The notes below the pieces were generated by a model. That model searched no databases and was not told the DNA's origin. It was given only the letters and a program-made list of their open reading frames with translations. A stretch of DNA of 64,000 bases. Origin: Scenedesmus sp. PABB004. Its lineage: Eukaryota. Positions 55,007-64,000 of this stretch are shown here, piece after piece; position 1 is the first letter of the stretch; each line of letters begins with the position of its first letter. The translations under genes and the position numbers were made by a program. The DNA is taken from assembly GCA_014905635.1 (NCBI GenBank), contig JABVCE010000017.1, forward strand, positions 558,001-622,000, in the 5' to 3' direction.

Positions 55007-55730
55007 TCAGGCCCTGCGGCTCTTGGCCGCCGCGCCGCCGCCGGCGGCCGCCTTCTTGCCACCGGCCGCGGGCTTCTTGGCGCCCGCCTTGCCGCCGCCG
55101 CCCGCGGCCGGCTTGCTCGGCCCGCCCGCGACGGCGAGCAGCAGCGCCGCGAGCAGCAGGGCGGGCAGGCCCATGATGTTGTACACCACGAGCTGCAGCG
55201 CGACCGGGTCGGCCAGGCCCGCCAGCGCGGGGCGGTCCGCGACAAACCGCCCCACGACCGCCGTGCCGCACGTCGGTGCCGGCCGCCGCGCCCCGCCGCG
55301 CCGGGCGCCGGGCGCCGGGCGCCGGGCGCTTTGCGCCGCCGCACCTGCCGCGTCGGCGCCCTTTGCGCCGCCGGCGCCGCCGCCGGTCTGCGCGGCCTTG
55401 AGCGCCGCGCGCACGCGGCGCGCGCCTCGCCGTAGAGGTTGATGAGCTTGTCGTGCACGGGGAGCGCGGCCTCGGCCCCGTCGCCTGGGGGGGGGGGGGG
55501 GGGCGCCGCACAGCGCGGCGCGGCGTTACGAGGTATGTGTGTGCGTGTGTGTGTGGGCGGGGGGGGAGGGAGGGGCGGCGGCGGCGCAGCCGGGCGGGCG
55601 CACCCGTGTCCATGGCGTTCTCCAGCGTCACGCTCAGCTCCTCGGCCGCGTGCAGCGGCACGCGCACGCGCTTAGGGGTTGGCGGTTGGCGGCGCCCGCG
55701 GCGCCCACGTCCAACCTGGCGCTGTCCATC
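55007..55730 (-). CDS. Small hypothetical protein with a C-terminal transmembrane segment and Lys-rich tail
   Basis: Exon-like pieces RVRVPLHAAEELSVTLENAMDT, DGAEAALPVHDKLINLYGE and LQLVVYNIMGLPALLLAALLLAVAG...KKPAAGGKK...KSRRA*. The start is unresolved. Confidence 0.5.
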
Positions 55731-55978
55731 TTGCTCACCAACCGGCCGCCCCGCCGCGCCGCCGCCGCTGCTGCTGCTGCGCGGGCCCGCCCGCTCGCGT
55801 GGGCAGCGGAGCGCTGCGTGCCTGCGGGGGGCTGCTGCGTGTGCGGAGGGCGGTGTAGGGAAACACCGGCCTGACCACCCGGCCACGTGGCTTGTCCTGC
55901 GCCGCGGTTTGCGGTTTGAGCCGATCACGCCCGTGAGCGCCGGGCGCAGGCGTCGGGGTCGGCGGCGGTCGAACTGAC

Positions 55979-56020
55979 TGCTGCAGGCATGTTCGGCCTG
56001 CTGCAGGCATGTTCGGCCTG
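55979..56020. repeat. Short tandem duplication of an about 20-nt unit (ctgctgcaggcatgttcggc x2)
   Basis: Directly visible. Confidence 0.8.
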
Positions 56021-56305
56021 CAGCCTGCTTCCAATTATTTGTGGTGATATCGCGGAGCTGCCTGGCACGCTGTGCGGGCGCCCACGACCCCGTCCGCGGT
56101 CGGTCGGCCGGTTGCCAGCACGCAGCTGGCCGGCGGCAGCAGCGGCAGCAGCGGTGCAGGGCAGGGCAGTGCGCCTCCCCGTGCGCGTGGCGCCGCTGGT
56201 GGGCGTAAAATGAAGAGCAGGAAGGCAGGCAGGCAGGCAGGCAGGCAGGCACGGGTGATGATGCATGAGAGAAAGAGAAAGGAAGGCAGCGCGCATCGGG
56301 GCGCC

Positions 56306-58523
56306 TCAGGGCGCAACGGCGCCCTCCCGCAGCAGCAGCATGAAGCCGATGCCGCAGGCGACGCGGCTCGCGGCGCCCACGTCGCTGGCGGCGGGCAGCA
56401 CGCCCGGGAGCTGCACCGCGACCACGCCCTGCCCCGGCGGCGCGCCCCATGCGTGCACTGCGTGCTGCGGCGGCCGGCCCCGAGTGAGCGCCACGGCCGC
56501 GTGCGTCGTGCTGCCGCACGCGACGGCGACCACGCCCGCCAGCGGCAGGCGCGGCTCGCTCGGAGGAGGAGGGCACGGCGGGACAGGGCCCAGCCGCGAC
56601 GTGCGCAGCTCCTCCAGCGGCGTGCCGTGAGTGAAGAGCGGCATCACGCGGCCCGTGCCGTGCAGCGTGCCGTCTAGCGCGACGGCGAGCGTGCACGGGC
56701 GGCCCGCGGCCACCTGAGCGGGCGCGGCGGCGGAGAGAGGTGGGAGGGAAAGGGGGTGAGGCACAAGGGCGCAGGAGGAGCGCGCGGGGCGGGGGCAGGC
56801 AGCGGCGGGCAGCTCACCTTTGCTCGCACGGAAGCCGGGGGCACCTCGACCGGCACGCTCAAGGTCAAGGTCATTTACCCCGTATGCTCGCGCACATCGG
56901 GCCCGCGCCCCTTAAGGACGGTAGCTGGTCCTCTTGACCGTGCAGCCACGCCGCGCAGGCCCTACCGGGCCACAGGGGCAGCGGGGGAAAACCAGCGCAA
57001 ACCCCGCCTCAACGCCGCTCTGGTCGTTGAGCGGCGTCCCGAGCCCGAGCTTGCCCAGCGCGGCATGCCCGCACACGTACATCGCGCCGTCCTCTGCCAG
57101 CAGCACCGTGTGCTCGTAGCCGGCCGCGATCTGTCCGCGCGCAGCGGCGGGCGGCCGCCGGTTGAGCGGCGGCGCCAGGCGGCGCGCGCGCGTGCGAGGG
57201 GCAAGGAGGGGCAGCGGCGCGCGCGCGCGCGCACACCTGCTTGATGCGGGGCAGGCCCGGCACCAGCGTCGGCTCACCGACGCACACCGGCGTGACGCCG
57301 CCGCGGCGGCCGGGCTGCAGCCTGTCGAGGCCCAGGCCGAGCTGGCCGCTCACGTTGGAGCCGGCCGCGAGCACCTCGCCGGCCGCGCGTCAGGTAGACC
57401 GTGTGGTTTGCACCGGCCGCGACGCTCGCGACGCCCGTGAGGCCCGGCACCAGCGTGGGCATGTCTGGGGCGCGCGAGCGCGGGGGCGGGCGGGCGCGCG
57501 CGCGGCGGGGTGAGCTAGCTGAGCTGGCGACGCGAGGCGGCGGCGCGCGGTGCGGCGGCGGCGGCGCGTCCCGCGCGCGCGTGCGCACCTGCCGCGACGT
57601 CGTCCTCGCCGAGCCCCAGCTGACCGTAGTCGCCGGAGCCCCACCCGCAGACGCTGCCGTCATCGAGCACGGCAGCGAGGTGGTGCCCGCCCACGGCGGC
57701 GTCGACCACGCGCCGGCCGGCGGGGAAGCCCTCGACGCGCAAGACGCCGGCGCCGGGGCCGGGGCCGCCCACGTAGAGGCCCCCGCTCGCAGTCCAGACC
57801 AGCCAGCGCTCCGCCGCGCTGCCCGCCGCCACCCCGATCGGGCGCTCGCCCTGCGTGGCGGCGGCGGGCGTGTGTGTGCGCGCGCCGGCCGGGCAGCGGC
57901 GCGCGCAGCGGCGCGCGCAGCGGCGCCAAGCCTGCCCGCGACGCACCGGCGGCAGCTGCACCTGCACGGGCGCCGTGCCCAGGGCGCCGTAGGTGAGCCA
58001 GAGCGTCAGCAGCGCCTGCGGCGCCGGCTCCGCGCCGGCCGCCGGCGGCGGCGCAGCGCCCGCCGCGGAGCCGGCCGCCGCGGGCAGCGCCCCGCCTCCG
58101 CCCGCCGGCAGCGCCAGCTGCGCGCCCGCCGGCAGCGCCAGCCGCGGCAGGCCCGCGAGGGACGCCGCCAGCGCCGGCGCCACGGCCGGCTGCCCGGGGG
58201 GCGGAAGGTCGGGCACGACGACCGTGACGGTCACCACGGTCTCGTCGCCGTCCTCGCTCACCTCATAGCCGTCCAGACTGTCGCTAGCGACGTCCTCCGC
58301 CAGCTGCTCCCACTCCAGGCAGAGCTGCTGTTGCGGGCCGGCGCCCCGGAAGAACGCAAACGGGCCGCCGTGCAGCGTGCGCGGGCCGCGCGCGCGCGCC
58401 TTCCGCACGGCGCCTTCGGCCACTTTTTTTGTTCACGGCGAAGTCCGCGCCGTCCGGGAAGTTGACCTCCGCGCTCCCGGTCTTGCCGGTGGAGTCGCGC
58501 AGGACGATCTTGCTCACGCGCAT
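56306..58523 (-). CDS. RCC1/BLIP-II beta-propeller repeat protein
   Basis: RCC1 repeats VVDAAVGGHHLAAVLDDGSVCGWGSGDYGQLGLG, VASVAAGANHTVYL..GEVLAAGSNVSGQLGLG and QIAAGYEHTVLLAEDGAMYVCGHAALGKLGLG. ATG at 58523. Apparent 1-nt frameshifts at about 58427 (homopolymer) and 57385. Confidence 0.8.
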
Positions 58524-58930
58524 GCTGCTGTCGGCGGGGGCGCGGCGTGAGCGATCACGGCGGCGGCAAGCGAGCCTTGCTGCGCAAACGGCGGGTGGAG
58601 AGGATCGCCCGTAGAGGAGCGTGGGCGCGGGCGCGGGGGGTCGCCGCACAGCGCTGGCCGGGCAGCACTGCAGCCGGCGCGCGGCGGCGGCAGCAGCGGC
58701 CGCGCGCTGCGCGCCGTGCGACGCCAGTGGCCCGGGTGCGCCGGCGCGCCGCTCGGCCGGCTGCGTGATCCGCCGGCGGAGCGCCCGGGGAGGCCAGGCG
58801 GGCCCCGCCGGCGGCCCCCCGGCCCCTCGCAGGGCTGGCTGGACGGGGCGGCCGCCCACGCGCGACAGAGCTCGGCGCGCCATCCGCCGGCCCCCGGCCC
58901 CGCCGGCGGGCCCCGCCGGCGGGCCCCGCC

Positions 58931-58961
<31 letters not shown>

Positions 58962-59087
58962 GCGCCCCGCCCGCGCAGCAGCCGCAGGAAGCAGCCGCGG
59001 CCCCGCTCTGTTGGGGCAGCGGCGTGAGGCTGCTCGCGAGCCCCACGTTGAACAGCCGCAGGCTCGTCAGGCCAGAGTGGGCGTGCA

Positions 59088-59860
59088 CAGTGGTGTCAGC
59101 GTTGGTAATCTAGCAATCTGGCTACTCTGTGGAGTAAACTTTTGCGGGCCGGTAATCTGCAGTGCGGGGCTGTCTCAATCTGGCACAGCAGGCCGGCGGT
59201 TGCGCCGCCCTGGCCCAGATTGAGCGCCTGCGGGCTCATAATTTCATGGTGGACGGGGACCGCGACGGGGACCCCGTCGCGGAGACCCTCACGAGCCACG
59301 AAAACTACACAGAGTGGGCGTGCAGGCGCGAGGGGGAGCTCTACATATTCCGGCTCGAGGCCGTGCTGACCGACCCCGGGCACCCCGCGTCGGTGCGCGT
59401 CCACGCCGTGCTCAAGGGCACGGTGGGCGACGCCCACCTGCGCGACTACTTCAAAAAGCACACGACCGCCGCCGGCGTGTGGGCCGCGCTCAAGGATTAC
59501 CACGCGCGCATGGCGGCCGCCTGCGTCGTCAGCGAACCTCGACGCGCTCGTGGAGCATCACTACGACCCGCGCGCCGGCATGGACGCGTACATCGCCCGC
59601 GCCGAGTCCCTCCGCGAGGCGCTCGCCCACGGGGGCCACGTGCTCGACGACGCCCAGATGGCGCACCACCTGCTCCGCGGCCTCAGGCGCGCGCCGGAGT
59701 ACGCGCGCGTGTGGCAGACGGTCGAGCTGAGCCTCAAACCCGAGCGGATGACGCTGGACAAGCTCCGCACCACCCTCCAGTGCGTCGCGTTTTACGAGGG
59801 GGAGCGCCACCGCCGCGAGGAGGAGGAGCGGCGCGCCGCGGCGCACGGGGGCGGGCGCGC
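59088..59860 (+). mobile_element. Ty1/copia-type gag (Retrotran_gag_2/UBN2-like) sequence with no pol
   Basis: From ATG 59246: ETLTSHENYTEW...KHTTAAGVWAALKDYH, a frameshift near 59530, then MDAYIARAESLREAL...DDAQMAHHLLRGL..PEYARV...MTLDKLRTTL, matching copia gag spacing. PBS-like CA-G-TGGTGTCAG at 59088-59099. Confidence 0.7.
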
Positions 59861-60577
59861 GGCCGACGCCGGCGGAACGGCCGGCGGGGCTGACCTGCGC
59901 CCGCCCCGCCGGCGCGCGCGCGCGCTTGGCCAGCGCGTGCGACCGGCGGGGGCCGGCGCACCCCGGGCGAGCGCCGCGCTGCTGCGGCCGGCGGCGCCTC
60001 GCGCGCGCCCGCCGCGGCGCGCGCGCAGGACGCGGGGGCCAGAGCCGGCGCAGGCCGGGGCGGCCGGGCGCGCGGGCGGCGCGCCGGCTGCGGCCGGCGA
60101 CCCTGGGCACGCCCGCGCCGGGCGCGCCGACGGGGAGCCCGCGCTAGTGCTGGCGGGCGAGCGTGCGGCACGCCGGCCGCGGCGCGCGCGCAGCGCTCAA
60201 GCGGCGAGCCGGCGCCGGCCGCGGCAGCCGGACGCGCGGGCAGGCTGCCGCTGCGACAGCCGGCGCGCCCGCGCCGGTCGCGCCGGGGGGAGCCGAGGCG
60301 ACGGTGCTGGCGGGCAAGAGTGCTGGTTGGCGCCGGCGGCCCCACGGTGCCCCGGGTGGTGTGAGCTTGGCGGGCCTGACCAGCTCCCGTCCCGCCACCG
60401 CACAACGACAGCATTTGCGCGCGCGAATGCTGCTTTTAGCTGCTCCCTCGCCCCGGCCTCGCGAGCTCGGCCCGCCCTCAAAAATTGGTGCAGGAATGGC
60501 CACTTTTTGGACCGCGGTTTGAGGTATGTTGTTGATATCACTGTCGCATCCGTGGTGAGGGCATGATTACCCACTCG

Positions 60578-60650
60578 TCCTCTATAGCTCAGTCGGTAGA
60601 GCGCACGGCTGTTAACCGTGAGGTCGGCGGTTCGAGCCCGTCTGGAGGAG
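60578..60650 (+). tRNA. trnN-GUU: tRNA-Asn(GTT)
   Basis: 73-nt cloverleaf: acceptor TCCTCTA/TGGAGGA, D arm GCTC/GAGC, anticodon stem CACGG/CCGTG with loop CTGTTAA, T loop TTCGAGC. CCA is not encoded. Confidence 0.97.
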
Positions 60651-60652
60651 CA

Positions 60653-60659
60653 TTTTTTT
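60653..60659 (+). terminator. RNA polymerase III oligo-dT terminator
   Basis: T7 run 2 nt after the tRNA discriminator base. Confidence 0.85.
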
Positions 60660-61089
60660 CTCTCTCTCTCTCCTCCGCGCGCGCCCGCTGACGGCTCCCT
60701 GGGCAGCGGAGGGGTCGGATCGAGGAGGCGGGGAGGTGCGGCGCGGCCCGGACACGCGTTCCGGGACGCCCCGGGCATCGGCATTGCTGGGCGGACTGCG
60801 CCGAGACAAATTCGGGCGTGCGCTGCCGGGTTCGGGTCGGAGCAGTTACATTTTTGCAATGTCACAATGGGATATGATGATGGGGGTGCATGGGTTGCGC
60901 GGCGCAGCCGGTCAACTGGTGAGGCCGCGGCACATGGGCGCAGCGCGGGCGCCGCCGCCGCCGGCGCGCTCACACGCCGCGCCTGCTGACCTTGCCGCTC
61001 GCCTGCTTGGCCTCGTGCTCGAGCCGCGCGCGAGCGCACACGCGGCGGCAGACCTCCGCGGGCAGCTCCAGGCGCTTGCCCGCGCGTGC

Positions 61090-61633
61090 GTCTGTCCTTG
61101 TTTTTACTACCTACTTGGGAGGCGCTGGCCGACTTTGCGGCGCTGGCCGACTTTGCGGCGACCGCTTACGTGCCCCGCGCTGCCCGTACGCCCGACCTGA
61201 CGGGCCAGCCCTTTCTGGCTTGGTGCACTCCCCGCGTCGCGGGGAGTGGCTTGGTTGTTATTCGGCGATGAGGATGGTGGCATTCTCCCAGCACTCCCGC
61301 GCGCGCGGGTTGCGCGCTCGCGGGCACGCGCGACCCGCGGTCACCGGCTGCCGCCGACACTGAAATACTGCTACTGCCCAGCAGCGAGCGATCGGTCAAG
61401 GTGTGTGCGCGGAGACAGCACTGAGTGTGTGCAGGTGACGCTTTTGGGCGTGAGCGCGGCCACGGGCGGCAGCTGCGCGTGAGTGACTGTCTATACCAAA
61501 GTGATGGGGTCCGTGTTTGCGCCGTAGGCGCTTGTTCACCCCTGGTAACGCCCTTCTCTCGTCTGTCCTTTTTCGCGCTTGTTCACCCCTGGTAACGCCC
61601 TTCTGCTCTGTCTGTCCTTGTTTTTACTACCTA
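61090..61633. mobile_element. Putative small non-autonomous element bounded by 24-bp direct repeats
   Basis: gtctgtccttgtttttactaccta at 61090-61113 and 61610-61633, internal tandem repeats, and lower GC than the flanks. Confidence 0.45.
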
Positions 61634-62420
61634 TCTATGCACATCTGTGTACCAACGACCATCCCCGCGGCCGGGAGCGGGCGCCAGGCCACTGCACGCA
61701 GCAGCCGCGACCCGCGGCGGCCGGGCGCGCTGCGCGCCGCGCGGGCGCGCGCGCCCGGTCTGCCTGGCCGCGCGCACGTCGATGAGCTGCTTTGCCGGTG
61801 GATGCAACCATCACCCGCCTCGGCCGGGAGCAGCCGCGCCGCCGCCGCCACTGCAGCGGGCGGGCGGTGCCGCTCGCGCGGCGCGCAGCGTGCGTGCTGC
61901 ACGCGCGCGCGCGCGCGCCACTTCCATCACCATCGACTGCCAGTCGACCTGCCGCATGGCCCCGCCGTCCATCATCAGCACCCTTGTGGCGGCGGCGCGC
62001 GCGGGCAACAACGCCGCCCGCTGCCGCCCGGCGCCCTGAGCCCTGGCCGCGGGCCGCCGCCGCGTGCGCCGCGGCGCTGCCCGCTGCCAGCCGTGCTGTA
62101 ACACGGCCCAGCGGCCGCAGACCCCGGCCACAGCAGACCGCCGAGCGCGGAGCCAACCGCGGGTGCCCCTGCTCGCTCGCGCAGCCCCGCTCGGCGCGCG
62201 CGCTCGGCGCCCGCGCTCGCGTGTCCACGGCACCCACGCCCGCGCTCTGCAGGTGAGCAGGCGGGGCGCGCCGGCGCTGCAGCAGCAGAGGCGCGGGGGC
62301 CCTGCTGCCGGGCCCGCTCTCGCGCCCGCCCGCCCGCGCTGGGCGTCCCGCGCGCCCCTCCGCGCGCCCACGGCCCGGCCCCGCCCGCTGCGCGCGCAGC
62401 AGCGCCACAGCGGCGGCTCC

Positions 62421-64000
62421 ATGAGCCAGAGCGGCGCGAGCGGCGCGAGCGGCGGCTCGGGCGCGCCGCCGCCCGGGGGCGTCGCCGCCGCCGCTGCGGC
62501 GGACGGCGGGCCCGCGGGCTCGCACGACAGCGAGCAGCAGCAGGAGCAGCAGCACCACAGCGGCGGCACGCCCGCAGCGGTGGCGGCGGCCGCGCAGCTG
62601 CTGCCGTCGCCGGCGCCGCCGCAGCAGCACCAGCAGCAGCACCAGCAGCACCAGCAGCAGCACCACCACCAGCAGCAGCAGCAGCAGTCGCCGCTGGCGC
62701 CGCTGGCGCTGCCGGCGCCGGCGGCGCGGGCGCAGCCGCACGAACAGCGGCTGCGCCAGCAGCAGCAGCAGGCCGGGGCGCTCGCGCTGCTGGAGAGCCT
62801 CCGCGCGCTGCTTCCCACCGCGCTGCGCGCGGCGGCGCAGCCGGGCGCCGCCGCCGCGCCCGCGGCCGCGCCCGCAGACGGCGCCAGCTCGCCGCCGCAG
62901 CTTGCGCGCCTGCCGCCGCCGCACACCGACTCGTCCGGCTCTGCCGCGGCGGCGGCGGCGGCGGCGCGCGGCGGCGCGCGCGGCGCGCGCGGCGGCGGCG
63001 GGGGCGACGGTGGCGGCGGCGGTTGCATCGGCGGCGGCCCCGCGTCCGCCGGCGCGCGCTGCGCGGCGGGTCGGCTGCTCAACTCGCTGCTGGGCGCGGT
63101 GGAGGGGGAGCTGCTGCTGGCGGCCGACCTGCCCGCCGCCGCGCTCGTGGCGCGGCACCGCCAGCAGCTGCTGGCAGACCTGCTCGTGCTGCAGGGCGCC
63201 AGCGACCTGGCGCCGCACGCGCACGCGCACGCGCAGCAGCGCCCGGCCGCGGCGCCCGCGGCGGGCGGCGGCGCCTTCGGCGGCGCGGCGGCGGCGATGC
63301 TGGCGGCGCTGCAGCGGGGCCTGGCGGCGGCGCCCGGTGCGGCGGCGGCGGCGGCGGCGGCCGACCCCGCAACGCCGCAGAGCCGCGCCGCCGCCGGGTG
63401 GGGGCCGCGGGCGGCGGCGGCGGCGGCGCGCACCCGGGCCTGGTGCAGCTCGACGCGTTTGCCCGCGCGCTCGCGCAGCAGGTGCAGCAGGCGCAGCAGG
63501 CACGGCACGCGGGCGCGGGGCGGGGCCCGCCGCGCGGCGGCGTCGGCAGCGGCAGCGCGCCGCCGCCGGCGCAGGCGGGCAGCGAGCAGCGGCTCAGCGA
63601 GGACGCCGCCGCGCTGGCCGCGGCAGAGACGCTCGCGGCGGTGAGCGCGGCGGCGCACAAGCCGCGCGACGGGTTTGCGGCCAGCCTCGCGGTGCCGGCG
63701 GCGGCCGCGGAGCGCCTCGCGCAGGGCGGCGCGCCGCGCTCGGGCCGCGGCCCGCTCGGCGTGCAGCGGAGCGGGCTCAAGCTCGGCCGCGGCGGGGTGT
63801 ACGGCGGCTTTGGCTATGGCTTTGGCGGCGGCGACGACGCGCGCGGCGGCCCGCCCGAGCCGCCGCGGGCACGCTCGGCGCGCTAGGCAGCGCCGCGGCG
63901 CGGCGCGAGCGCGCGGTGCTGCAGGCCAAGCGCCGCGCGCGGCAGCTCGAGCGCCGCGCCGACGCGGCGGCCGCGGCCGCGGCGGAGGCGCGCGCGGAGC
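62421..64000 (+). CDS. Hypothetical Gln/Ala-rich protein, probably continuing past the window (apparent frame breaks near 63395 and 63860)
   Basis: MSQSGASG..., poly-Q, and helical segments ALALLESLRALLP and LLNSLLGAVEGELLLAADL. An intron-like gtgagc donor lies upstream at 62253. The last frame reads RERAVLQAKRRARQLERRAD. Confidence 0.5.

Noticed and set aside
59073..59324. 15-nt repeat cagagtgggcgtgca as an LTR or TSD of the gag element
   Set aside because: The second copy lies inside the gag coding region, which does not fit LTR or TSD geometry.
61090..61640. CRISPR-like repeat-spacer array
   Set aside because: Only two copies of each repeat with irregular spacing, no cas genes, and a eukaryotic context.
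61647..62039. 130-aa ORF after the direct-repeat element
   Set aside because: No recognisable motif or supported start, so it cannot be distinguished from chance.

Overview
This is very GC-rich, intron-dense eukaryotic nuclear DNA, inferred to be from a chlorophyte green alga (probably Sphaeropleales/Selenastraceae-like). Most six-frame ORFs are GC-content artefacts. Conserved spliced genes recognised by eye: RR-TZF tandem CCCH protein, GULLO-type FAD oxidase, TAF13, a triple-CCCH protein, TTC12-like TPR/ARM protein, NUP98-NUP96, ACD11/GLTP-like protein, endosulfine (ENSA/ARPP19), a bZIP factor, an RCC1-repeat protein and tRNA-Asn(GTT). The main accessory system is five interspersed copies of a 3-exon gene encoding a long helical protein with a C-terminal MYND-type zinc finger. 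The copies show conserved scaffold blocks alternating with hypervariable patches, introns and flanks that look more conserved than those patches, mosaic gene-conversion tracts, a tandem duplication carrying orphan GLTP exons, and one copy with a stop before the finger. The right end holds a gag-only copia-like sequence upstream of the tRNA, a small element bounded by direct repeats, and an inverted gene-fragment duplication. Several apparent single-base frameshifts fall in conserved genes, which suggests assembly indel errors, so frameshift-based pseudogene calls are uncertain. All alignments were done by eye and no database searches were run.
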